64,000 nucleotides of DNA, taken from Verrucomicrobiota bacterium. Lineage in GTDB: Bacteria; Verrucomicrobiota; Lentisphaeria; Lentisphaerales; Lentisphaeraceae. Made by a program: the position numbers and the translations under genes. Positions within the stretch are counted from its first letter, which is position 1, and the number at the start of each line of letters is the position of its first letter. Below the pieces are notes generated by a model. It made no database searches and had not been told where the DNA came from. It saw only the letters and a list, made by a program, of their open reading frames with translations. This document shows, piece by piece, positions 44,578 through 54,600 of the stretch. The stretch lies in NCBI GenBank assembly GCA_039798785.1, contig JBDKFG010000017.1:1-64000 (forward strand), written 5' to 3'.

Positions 44578-47418
44578 TCAAGGCTTTTTGGGATAGAGAA
44601 GACGGCAGGTTCCGAAGACGGCGTGATCGGAGTTGATGCCGTCGCCGCCGTCGTTGACTTTCAAGGTCAGCTCTCTGACATCGGCCAGATCGAGGTCGAT
44701 TTCCTCGCTCCGCTGAGAATTGTCGGGAGTGCCTCGCAGGATCCGGGTTTTGTGGAGAAGCCTGCCGTCGCCGTAGATTTCGAACTGGATCGAGCCGCCG
44801 TTCCGCTGGCCGTCGTCGACGCCGAAGCTGGCTTGGAGGCGTGAGAATTTCCGCTCGATGCGGTAGATCAGCTCGCTAGGCGCGTGGGCTCCGAATCCAC
44901 GGAGGTGCTTTCGTCCCGCCAGGACGATGGGGTTGCCGAAGAGATTGCGGTCGAGGATGACTTCGCCGTATCCGGCCTTGGCGGAGCTCCATTTCAGTTG
45001 ACTGAGGTGGATGTGGCTTCGGGACGGCACTCGCATCGCCACGGGCTGGGTCTGGGCGCTGCTGCCGTCGCGCAGGTTGCGGATCTCGTAAATCAGGCGG
45101 CTGACGGCGTCCTCTTCAGGCGGCCGGATCGTGCCGTCAAGGGCGATGAGTTCGGGAAGGCTGCTGCTCAGCATCTTCAGGGCGAAGCCCTCGGGCACCT
45201 TCGGCAGCTCGAGCCTGTCCTGGCCGGGCGCCGGTTCGGGGTGGACCAGCTTGCGGGCGACGAGGCCGGCGGTGTCAGGAGCTTTCGCCGGGAGCACCAT
45301 GCGGAGCCAGGGGCTGAGAGCCTCACTGCCATCGGCATCACGCGTCACCTTGAGAACCAGCCCGACGAGGGCGTCGTCTTCCGGCGGGGTGATCCGTCCT
45401 TCAAGGTCGATCAGCTCCTGTTTGCTGCTTTCATGCAGGCTGAGGCTGAAGCCGGGTGGCAGGGCAGGCAGGCTCAGACTGCGCGCTCCGGCAGGCGGCG
45501 GCGGCAGGTCGCGCAAGGCCTGGGCGACTGCGTCGGCCCCTTCCTCCTCGGCCTTGCCGAGATGGAGGCGGGGGCGGCCGAGGACGAGTGTGCAGCCCGG
45601 GCCGCTGAAGACCAGGCTGATCTTTTCCGGTGAGGCGAGGGGGAGGTCGAGGTGAAGGGGTTTATCCGAGCCTTTCAAGTTGGCGCGGTGGATCTCCCGG
45701 CCGTCGGCGAGGATCCTGAGGACAGCCGAGGCATCCGGCTTTGCGTCGAGCGCGAGGACGGCGACGAAGCGGCAGTGCGGTCTATTGAGCGAGTAGACGA
45801 GGCTGGCCCCGGCGCCTTCGTCGCGCAGGCCGATGCCTTCAGGGCAGAATTGACCGGAGAGGAGCAGGGCCGATCCGGGGATGCCGGGGAGGGCATCGAC
45901 GGCGGCGAGGCCGCTGGCGGCCGTGATTTTCAAGCTGCCGAGGGGAATCCAGCTCGCCGCCGGGCATTCGACCGTGGCGCTGTCGCCTGCGCGAAGCCGG
46001 ATGCTGACGACGCTGACGGGGAGTCCGTCGATCTTGTCGATCCAGGTTTCGCGGGCTTTGCCGTTGACCTTCAGGGAAGGGTGGAGACCAGGAAAGCGGG
46101 CTTGCCAGGTGAGGGGGCCGCCACTGAGATTGCTCAGGCTCGATTGGGTGAGGCCGTCGTGGCGGAGCCGGATTTCATTGGTGCCGACGCGCAGGCGTCT
46201 GATTTCCACCCAGGGGATGCGTTGGCTGAGCCGGGGCAAGGTGGCGATCTGCTGTTTCGACGCATCCGGGGCGACGCCCATCATCCCGGCGACGATGTTC
46301 GAGATGGTGACGAAGGCGATTTCAGGGGAGTGCTTGCGGCTGGCGATCAAGGATTGCAGGCGGCTCCAGGCGAGCTCATTCAGGCCGTTCTGGTAGAGGA
46401 GTTCTGGGAGATAGAGTGCGTCGAGCTGGGACAGGCCTCCGGCGGCTTCAGCCTTGAGCAAGGCCTCGAGCTGGCTGAGGTGACGGGGACCGAGGTCGCT
46501 GATCTGTTTAAGGGCGATGAACAGGCTGCCGCGACCGGTGTCGTCCTTCCACAGCCCTTGGCGGTCGAAACCGCGGATGTAGCTGAGCGTCGCCGGATTG
46601 AACCACTCGGCGTTGAATTTGTCGCGCAATTCCTTGGCCCGTTTTGCCATGAAGGCAGCTTTTCCGGCGTCTCCCCTTGCTGCGAGGATTTTGCCATAGG
46701 CGATCTGGGCCTGGTATTGGCAGCCGAGAGAGTCGCCGGCTTCGATGAACTTGTCCTCGTCGCCCGGCCCCGAACTGCCTCGCCAACGGCTGTCATCGGC
46801 GATTCCGTTGAGATTGATGTCCTGCTGGCCGATGAACCCTGCATGGAGCCGGTCCTGGTACTCCGCCAGTTCGGCGTCGTCGATCCATTGGCGTCCGCCG
46901 CTCCAGAGGAATTGCTGGTGAATCATCTCGCCCAGTTCGAAGCTTGCCGCGAGGGCCAGGTGGCCGCCGTCGGCCGGTGTGGGCTGAGCCAGGTAGTCGT
47001 AGGACCAGTGCGGCCAAAGAGGTTTGTTGGGATTGTTTTTCGAGCCGAGGGCGAAATGGCGGAACATGGTGAAGTTCTCCAGTTCGAGCCCGAGGATGCA
47101 GGCTCCCAGCGACTGGTGGCAAGCGGAGCGGAGGTTGAAGTATTCGCGTCCGGGCGCTCGCGGCCATTTTTCCTGGGGGCTCGGGGGGGATTCCGAGGCG
47201 GCCCAGTAGCTGGCGATGCTCGGTCCGGCCTGGCCTTCTGGCGGCAAGGCGAGCGACAGGGCGCGTTTCTTCGCCCAATCGAAGCTTTCCTGCAGCTCGC
47301 GGCTTGCCGAGCTCAATTCGATGGAGCCAGGTTCGGATATCACCGCTTCCGGTGCCGCGTCTTCGGCGCTCAGGAAGATCGATAGAATTGCCGCCAGGCT
47401 GAGGCTGCTCAGTGTCAT
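44578..47418 (-). CDS. Exported multidomain glycoside hydrolase-like protein with NPCBM domains and two Ig-like repeats
   Basis: Signal peptide; helical GH-like N-half; C-terminal GFGAHA..GVDD..DGGDGINSDHA. Confidence 0.65.
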   Translation of the reverse strand: MTLSSLSLAAILSIFLSAEDAAPEAVISEPGSIELSSASRELQESFDWAKKRALSLALPPEGQAGPSIASYWAASESPPSPQEKWPRAPGREYFNLRSACHQSLGACILGLELENFTMFRHFALGSKNNPNKPLWPHWSYDYLAQPTPADGGHLALAASFELGEMIHQQFLWSGGRQWIDDAELAEYQDRLHAGFIGQQDINLNGIADDSRWRGSSGPGDEDKFIEAGDSLGCQYQAQIAYGKILAARGDAGKAAFMAKRAKELRDKFNAEWFNPATLSYIRGFDRQGLWKDDTGRGSLFIALKQISDLGPRHLSQLEALLKAEAAGGLSQLDALYLPELLYQNGLNELAWSRLQSLIASRKHSPEIAFVTISNIVAGMMGVAPDASKQQIATLPRLSQRIPWVEIRRLRVGTNEIRLRHDGLTQSSLSNLSGGPLTWQARFPGLHPSLKVNGKARETWIDKIDGLPVSVVSIRLRAGDSATVECPAASWIPLGSLKITAASGLAAVDALPGIPGSALLLSGQFCPEGIGLRDEGAGASLVYSLNRPHCRFVAVLALDAKPDASAVLRILADGREIHRANLKGSDKPLHLDLPLASPEKISLVFSGPGCTLVLGRPRLHLGKAEEEGADAVAQALRDLPPPPAGARSLSLPALPPGFSLSLHESSKQELIDLEGRITPPEDDALVGLVLKVTRDADGSEALSPWLRMVLPAKAPDTAGLVARKLVHPEPAPGQDRLELPKVPEGFALKMLSSSLPELIALDGTIRPPEEDAVSRLIYEIRNLRDGSSAQTQPVAMRVPSRSHIHLSQLKWSSAKAGYGEVILDRNLFGNPIVLAGRKHLRGFGAHAPSELIYRIERKFSRLQASFGVDDGQRNGGSIQFEIYGDGRLLHKTRILRGTPDNSQRSEEIDLDLADVRELTLKVNDGGDGINSDHAVFGTCRLLYPKKP

Positions 47419-47495
47419 GACAGATCTCCCGCCTTGTGTGTGATGGGGTGTCGAGGATTGACGCTTAATCGCGGATCGAAGGGAGGTTCACGATT

Positions 47496-49322
47496 TCATC
47501 GGCCGAGCTCGGGCTCGAGCCAGGCGCCCCAGGCGCCGCGCTTGTCGGCGGCTCGGCAGCGCAGGATGAGTTTCCTGGCCTGTTTGAGATCGATGGAATA
47601 AGCGCCGTCGGCCTGGGGATTTCGGCTCCAGTCGGCGCTCCACACTTCCTTGCCGTCGAGCAGGATGCTGAAGACGAGCTGCTTGTTGCCGCCGTCCAAG
47701 AGCGGGCCGCAGGAGCCGCTTAGGGTATTCCACTTCCCGTCAAGTTCATAGACATGTTCCGCGTCGGCGTGCGCCCAGAGTCCATGACGGGCGACCTGGG
47801 CGTCTGGTCCGAGCAGCGCTCCACCTTCGCAGTTGCGGTCGTAGTGCGGGCCTTTCCAGCCTGTCTCGGCGTGTGACGGCGCGCAGTCCGACAAGGCGAT
47901 CCTGCGGACGTCTCCGGCCATCGCCGCCGGGCCATTTTTACCTTCGGCATGGTCGGGAAGCTCCAGGCGCCGCAGGGTTTCCTGCTGTGCGGCCGGCAAG
48001 GCTTTGCGGGCGGCGCTGTCCCTGGGCAGCTTGCCGGCGAGCCAGGAGGCTTCGGCGAGCTTCCATGCGAAGCCCCTGCTGTCGAGCCGGCCCTGTTCGT
48101 CGAGCCTGCCGTTGAAGTTCAGCCCCGCCGCGGTGCCGACCCAGGCGCTCGCGTCGCCGTTGGCGGCCGTCGCGACGATGTGGAACTCGACGCCGCAATT
48201 GCTGCGCTTCTCCGGGTAGGGCAGCAGAATGCCGAAACGCCCCTGCGCGTCAGGTACGCCGGCGGCGACTTCCGAGTCGTAATCCCTGTCCCCTTCCGGG
48301 TCGGCGAAGGCGAGCACGGCGTGCACGGGCAGATTGCCCTTGACCTTGCCTCTTATCCACAAACCCTCCGGCCGCGAGTCGAAACGCCAGTCAGAATACT
48401 CGAGCTGGAGCCGGGTATGCATTTCCTTGGTGATTCCGGAAAACTGCGGGTGGGCCGCCAGCTTCAGTGCGTCCGGCGTATTGAGGAAGGATCCCGGACT
48501 CTCCTGCCTGAGCTCCTCCCCATAAGTGAAATTGCCTTTCCCCATCAAGCTCGTGCCTTGCTTGGCCCGGCACCCGGCGCATTCCTTGCTGTGCGGCAAG
48601 CCGAGAGCGTGGCCGAGCTCGTGACAACATCCTCCGACAAAGATCGAATTGTACTTTCCCAGTGAGATCCGCCCGTATTGGCCGTCGATCAGATGCTGGT
48701 CTCCGATCCCTAGATCAGCGCTGTCAAGCAGGGGCGAATCAAGCTGCCAGGCTGTGCCTTCGCGACTGGTGCCTCCGGCATAATAAGGACTGTGATGGCT
48801 CATCGTCCGCCGGACCGGATCCCAATCGGTGAGATTGCAAAAGATCACCAAAGTCTCCCGAGAGGCGTCGATCTTCTCTTTCTCCAACGCTTGCACGACT
48901 TCGGCTCGGATCGCATCGCCGCTGTCGAAGCCGTAGCGGCGTTTCGACAGCTTGCCCTTGACATGGTGCAGCTTCAGCATCTTCTTGTCGTCCAGCTCGA
49001 GCTGGATGCTCCGGCCCTTGAAGCCTTGCAGCTCCATTCCCCGGCTGTAGAAATCCTGGATGTGCTTCATCACCCGGGTCAACCTCTCCTGACAGGCCGG
49101 CGCCGGATCGATGTCCGCCGGTGTGAAGTAGCAGACGATCATCGGCCGCTTCACCTTCACCGCTCCTCGCTCCCAAGCCGCCAAGATCTGTTTGGCCCGC
49201 TCTAGATCCGCTGCAGGTGTCGTCCCTGCCACCCAAGCCCGTGGAAAGACCTCCGGATTCTGCTCAGCCCCTGACAGGAGCAGGCTCGTTCCGATCAGCA
49301 GCTGCGCGATTAGAGTTCTCAT
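47496..49322 (-). CDS. Exported zinc metallopeptidase with C-terminal NPCBM-like domain
   Basis: HELGHALGLPH (HEXXHXXGXXH), SLMG Met-turn; GLWAHA in the C-terminal domain. Confidence 0.8.
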   Translation of the reverse strand: MRTLIAQLLIGTSLLLSGAEQNPEVFPRAWVAGTTPAADLERAKQILAAWERGAVKVKRPMIVCYFTPADIDPAPACQERLTRVMKHIQDFYSRGMELQGFKGRSIQLELDDKKMLKLHHVKGKLSKRRYGFDSGDAIRAEVVQALEKEKIDASRETLVIFCNLTDWDPVRRTMSHHSPYYAGGTSREGTAWQLDSPLLDSADLGIGDQHLIDGQYGRISLGKYNSIFVGGCCHELGHALGLPHSKECAGCRAKQGTSLMGKGNFTYGEELRQESPGSFLNTPDALKLAAHPQFSGITKEMHTRLQLEYSDWRFDSRPEGLWIRGKVKGNLPVHAVLAFADPEGDRDYDSEVAAGVPDAQGRFGILLPYPEKRSNCGVEFHIVATAANGDASAWVGTAAGLNFNGRLDEQGRLDSRGFAWKLAEASWLAGKLPRDSAARKALPAAQQETLRRLELPDHAEGKNGPAAMAGDVRRIALSDCAPSHAETGWKGPHYDRNCEGGALLGPDAQVARHGLWAHADAEHVYELDGKWNTLSGSCGPLLDGGNKQLVFSILLDGKEVWSADWSRNPQADGAYSIDLKQARKLILRCRAADKRGAWGAWLEPELGR

Positions 49323-49385
49323 GAGAAGCTTCCTTCAGATCTGAGGTTGTTGCGGCTTTCCCGCTTGATCTTGGAGGGAGCTTAC

Positions 49386-49399
49386 ATTAACCGGTTAAT
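49386..49399. promoter_or_regulatory. 14-bp palindromic operator candidate ATTAACCGGTTAAT
   Basis: About 65 bp upstream of the ATG at 49322; identical to 40158-40171. Confidence 0.65.
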
Positions 49400-49438
49400 A
49401 AAGCAAGGGGAGAAGATGATTTTTTCGACCTGTCTCAC

Positions 49439-49777
49439 CACGCGTATCCAAGATGCCTCACGAGTCATGCTGGGAATCCCTGCGAAAAGATTCCGGTCTG
49501 AATTCTGCTGAATTCTGTCGTTCGACCCATTGCGGGTCGTACATGGTAGCCCAAGGGCGAGCCGCATCGGCGTTGACCCTGGGTTGGAGATTCCCCCGGT
49601 TCGCCGACCCGCATCGGGTCGCACAGCGCCCAGTCGAACACTGTGCGACCCGCAAGGGGTCGGAACTCATTTTTGCCTCATTCCCAGGGTCGAGGCGACC
49701 CTGGGCTGCCATGGTGCGACCCGCGAGGGGGCGAGCAGCAGGAGCAAAGGCCTAAACGCTTATCTTGGATACGAGTG
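49439..49777. mobile_element. MITE family B (339 bp) containing an internal palindromic REP-like array
   Basis: TIRs CACGCGTATCCAAGAT / ATCTTGGATACGAGTG (15/16); flanks CCTGTCTCAC / TCTGTCTCAC; internal GACCC..GGGTC hairpins. Confidence 0.72.
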
Positions 49778-49929
49778 TCTGTCTCACACGAATTTCAGGA
49801 TCACAGCTTAGGGAGTTTAGGGTGCGGGGGAGTAAGGGAGTGTTTTGACGCCGCGGCTCCGCTCCCTGAAAAGCCGATGGTCCAAGCTCATTTCGGGGTG
49901 ATGCGGGTCGATTATTTTGAGCTGTCGCT

Positions 49930-51588
49930 TCAGGCGAAGAGCCCGGTATGCGGCTGGTTGACTCGTGCGACGGCTTGGCGAAGGAGTTGGGAGGGGTCGA
50001 AGAGAGAGGCTTTTTGCTGGGCGCGGGTGACGGCGGTGTAGACCAGGGATCGGGTGAGTACCGGGTTGTCGCGGTGGGGCAGGACGCAGAGGATGTCGCG
50101 GTATTCCGATCCTTGCGACTTGTGGATGCTGATGGCGAAGGCGCATTGATGGGGCGGCAGGAAGGCGGGGGCGAAGTGACGCAGGCCGTCTGGCGAGGCG
50201 GGGTCAGGGAACCAGGCTCTGAGCTCGCCGCTGGAGTCTGGCAGGAGGACGCCGGTGTCGCCGTTGAAGAGGGCGTTTTCGTAGGAGTTGGCGGTGATGA
50301 TGATCTGTTTGCCGGCGAAGTTCTGTTCGGTCGACTGGCGGAAGAGCTTTTGGCAGGCGAGCTGATTGAGGCTGGAGACGCCGAGGGCGCCCTGGTTGAC
50401 GGCGGCGAGGATGCGGGCGGAGGCGAGGAGGCGGCCGACTTCATCGGCGTCGAAGGATCCTGTGCGGGGGCGGAAGTCGGCGCGGCGGGATTCTAGCCAG
50501 TCTTCGGGGCTTTGGCGCGGCAGTTCGGGAAGCTGGCCGGAATTGATCGCCGCGGCGGCGCGTGCGAGTTCGGGTGCGCTTTCGTTGCGGTAGGTGTATT
50601 CGAGCACGACCACATGATCGCGCAGGGGATGTGAATCTGGGGAGGGGGCGAGGCGCCAGCTTTGAGGATAGGCGGCGCGGAAGGCGTCTGAAAAGCGGTT
50701 CAGGGGAGCGGCGTGGGCGCAGAGGTCGGCGAGGACGCTGCCGGTTTCGACGGCCGCCAGCTGGTCTTTGTCCCCCAGCAGGACGAGGCGGCAGGAGGCG
50801 GGAAGGGCTGAGAGCAGAGAGGCGAAGAGTTCGAGGCCCACCATCGAGACTTCGTCGATGATGACGAGATCGGCGGCGAGGGGGCGGCTGGCATTGCGGC
50901 GAAAGTCGCCGCTGCCGTGGTGGTATTCGAGAAGGCGGTGCAGGGTGCGGATCTTGAAGCCGTCGCCGTGCAGGCTTTGGCTGAGGCGGTTGACTGCCTT
51001 GCCGGTGGGGGCGGCGAGGAGGACGCGCAGTCCGGGATTTTGTTCTTGCAGGACTTTGACGAGCTGCCGGACGGTGGTGGTCTTGCCTGTTCCCGGGCCG
51101 CCGGTGATGACGGTGAGGCGGGAGCGGATGGCGGCATAAGCGGCGACTTTCTGGTAGTTGAGCAGTCCGGTGTCGCTGCCGTCGATTTTGCGGAAGACGC
51201 TGGCTGGGAACAGGAGGTCGAGTGCGTCGAGCGATTCCGGCCTGCATTCGAGACTGTCGCTGGCGAGCTGCAGCAGTCGTCGGCGGACCAGGGACTCCTT
51301 GTCCCGGAGGTGGCTGAGCTGAAGCTTGCCGCCGTGAAGGGCGAGCAGAGGGTGTTGGGAGTAATCCTCCGGAACGAAGACGGGGTGGGAGTCGGAGCCG
51401 GGGTCTTCCTCTTCGTCGCTGTCCTTCCATCGCAGTTCGGCGAGGCGGGCGAGGTCGAGGCAGCTGTGTCCATCGCGGGCGAGGGCGCTGACCAGGCGGC
51501 AGTAGTGGGCCATGCCGGGGCTGGGGCTGGGCTGCAGCGAGACGGCGAGCTCGGCGAAGCGGCGGTCGAGAGTGTTGAAGCTGAGCAT
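49930..51588 (-). CDS. recD: Exodeoxyribonuclease V alpha subunit
   Basis: GGPGTGKTT, APTGKA, TLHRLL, DEVSM, GDKDQL..VE.G, HKSQGSE, YTAVTRA. Confidence 0.93.
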   Translation of the reverse strand: MLSFNTLDRRFAELAVSLQPSPSPGMAHYCRLVSALARDGHSCLDLARLAELRWKDSDEEEDPGSDSHPVFVPEDYSQHPLLALHGGKLQLSHLRDKESLVRRRLLQLASDSLECRPESLDALDLLFPASVFRKIDGSDTGLLNYQKVAAYAAIRSRLTVITGGPGTGKTTTVRQLVKVLQEQNPGLRVLLAAPTGKAVNRLSQSLHGDGFKIRTLHRLLEYHHGSGDFRRNASRPLAADLVIIDEVSMVGLELFASLLSALPASCRLVLLGDKDQLAAVETGSVLADLCAHAAPLNRFSDAFRAAYPQSWRLAPSPDSHPLRDHVVVLEYTYRNESAPELARAAAAINSGQLPELPRQSPEDWLESRRADFRPRTGSFDADEVGRLLASARILAAVNQGALGVSSLNQLACQKLFRQSTEQNFAGKQIIITANSYENALFNGDTGVLLPDSSGELRAWFPDPASPDGLRHFAPAFLPPHQCAFAISIHKSQGSEYRDILCVLPHRDNPVLTRSLVYTAVTRAQQKASLFDPSQLLRQAVARVNQPHTGLFA

Positions 51589-51602
51589 GGCTGGATTCCG
51601 GA

Positions 51603-54600
51603 TCAGGAGGGGGAGAGGAGCGAGGTGAATGCGGCGATTTCGGCTGGGGCGGGGCGGTCGAGGTAGATGCCGCCGGGGCGGTGGGCGTAGCGGACGAAGG
51701 GGTAGATGATGCCGCCGAAGTGCTGCTCGGCACTGTAGCTGGCGCCAAGGCAGCGTTGCAGGTGGAGCTGGAGTGCGGCAGCGTAGATGTGATATTGGAG
51801 GATGTAGTGGGCGGTGAGCATTTCCGCATGGGCGGCCTGGGCGAGGGTGAGGACCGGATGTTTGGCGAGGTCGTTGGTCTTCCAGTCTAGGATGTAGTAA
51901 CGGCCCTGGTGGCGAAAGATCAGGTCGGCCTTGCCGTTCATCAGTCCCTGCAGCTGGTCGGGACGGAAGTCGGGCAGATGTTCGGAGTATTGGGCAAAGA
52001 GGCCGCCGCGGGAGAGGAAGAAGCTCCGGAGGCCCGCGGCATCGCCTTGGAGGCGGAAGTGGAACTCCATCTCCGCTACACGTTCATTGATAGGTATTTG
52101 AGATAGACGCAGGCTGTTGCCCTGAGCGAAGGGGTCTGGGATTTCGGCGCGCAGGGTGTTTTCAAGGAGCTGCAGGTGTTCGGGGATCTCAGACTCTTGA
52201 GTTTCGGCGACGAAGCCATTGCTGCGGAGGCTCCGTATCAATGCGGGACGCCAGCTCGACTCCTTGCCGAAATCAGCGCTTTCGAAGGCGGAATGGATGG
52301 CGTTGCCGTAGTCAGCGGAACGGCGCACCTGGCGTGGTCCGCACATGCCCCAGGTCTTCTGGCGGATCTGGCGGGCGCCGGGGTCCTTGAGGGGGAGCGG
52401 AGCGGCGTCGGGATCGTCGTTCTTGTCGGCGAGAATCTCCACCTGGCTGTGGCTGGCGTGGCGGGTCAAGGCGGAGAAAGACTGGATGCGTGAGCTGAGG
52501 CCGGGTGTGCGCTCTTCGGGGAAGGGCAGGGGGCGGATCGCTACCTGCTCAGCGGCCTGGGACGGGGGCGCGACGGCGCATGGGGCGTGTAGGGGTGAGC
52601 TGAGGCCGAGGCCGAGGCCTTCGAGGGCTTGCAGGATCTCGTCGCGGCTGTGCTTGCCGAAATGCTGAGCGAGGGCGGAATCGCCGACTTCCGACTTCCA
52701 GACTTTGAACCTCTTGTTGACGTAGTCGGGGAGGGCGACGAAGCAGGCGTTGGCGGCGCGGGTGAGACCGACATAGAGGAGTCGGGCGTCTTCTGCCAAG
52801 GCGCCGTGCCGCAGGCTGGGCTCGCTCTCGGCAGCCTTCTTGTCGAGAAATTGCAGGCGGCTGCGGCCTTGTCCGTCGCGCAGCTCATGGATGCCCTTGT
52901 CGGCCTTGATGTGGTCGTGCCAGAAGGAGGGAAGGAAGACGATGGGGAATTCCAGGCCCTTGGAAGAGTGGACGGTGAGGATGCGGATGGCATCTCCGTC
53001 GGACTCGAGGCGCTGGGCGTTCTCATCGTCCTTGCCCGGCTCCCGGATGGATTTGCTGAGGAAGGCGAGGAGCTCCTCGGGGCCGCAGCGTCTTTCTACT
53101 TCGTGACGGTGGAGGATTTCGCCGAGGTGCTGGTAGTTCGTCAGGATGCGCTCGCCCATCGGGTGTGCGGCGAGGCGGCTGAGGAAGGCGTTCTGCTCGG
53201 CGAAGCGGGTGAGCATGGGGAAGATGCCGCGTTGGAGCCAGCGCTGACGGGCCTGGCGGAAGAGTTCGGCGTAGCGGTTGAGATCGGCGTCCTTGATGCC
53301 TGCGAGCTGGTCCGCGGCCAGGCCGAAGTAGCGGCTGGCGAGGGCGCGGCGGATTTCCGCGCTGCCCGGCTGGTGTATGGCGCTGAGGACGGCGAGAAGG
53401 TCGGAGGCTTCGGCAGAGGCGAAGATGCTGCCGCTCTTGCCGGTGACGGCTTTCAAGCCTCGTCGGCGCAGCCCTTGCTGCAGTTCGCGGCCTTCGTCGT
53501 GCTTGCGCACCAGGATGGCGATGTCGGAGGGCAGGAGCGGGCGGCTGACGCCGTCCTTTTCGAAGCTCAGGCCGCCGGCGAGGAGGGCTTCGATCTGTTC
53601 AATCACCTGATCACGGACCAGATCGCCGCATTCCGACTTGTTTCCCGGCGTGCCTGCGCCGAGGAAGTGGAGGCGGCGGCCGAGCAGGAGGTTTTGCGGA
53701 TCGCGCAGGAAGCCGCTGCGTTTGGCTGCAGGTCTGTACTCGACCGCCTGGTAGTCGATCCTCTTTTGCAACAGGAAGGGGTCGGGACTGGCGAGATAGA
53801 AGCGGTTGAGCTCCGATCCGTAGGCTAGCTCGGAGCGGTAGTTGGTGCCGAGGGAGAAATGCATGTCGGCGTCGGCGCTGGCCTGCAGGTAGGAGTTGAT
53901 GTCGGCGCCGCGAAAACGGTAGATCGACTGCTTGGGGTCGCCGATCATCGAGAAGAAGCTGCCGGGGTGATCGCCGAAGAGGCATTTGAAGATCTCGTAT
54001 TGCCGGCGATCGGTGTCCTGAAATTCGTCCACCAGCGCGGCCTTGTAGTCGCGGCGGAGAGCGGCTTTCAGCCCTTCTCTCTGCGGCAGCAAGGTCAAGG
54101 CTTTGTGGAGCTGGCTAATCAGGTCATCGTAGGTCATGAAGGCTCGCGCCTCCTTTTCGCGCGCCTCGAGGCCGGCGATCTGCTGGGCGAACTTCTGCAG
54201 GCTTTCGAAGCCGGGAGGAAGATTCTCTATCGGGGGGAGAGTCGAGAGCTGACGCTGTTTCATGAGGATCGATTTGAGCAGGGGCATCCAGGCCGCGAGA
54301 TCGACCTTCTCGCCAGGATCGAGCGGGTAGATCTCGCGCCGCAGCCAGCCCTGCAGGATCTCGGTGTCAACCTGGCTGGAATCGGTGAGGAGTTCGACGC
54401 CGAAGGGGCTGTCGCATTCGAAGGCGTAGTTCTGCAGGACTCTCTGGCAGAAGGAGTGGATGGTGAAGATGGAGGCGCGGTCGATGTCGAGTAGCGCGGC
54501 ACGTAGCTTCAGCTGGGGGTCGGGATAGAGCCGGAGAAGCGGGGCGTCGACGCAGCCATCGGGATCGGCTGCGGCCTCGAAGAGGCGGCTCCGGAGGCGG

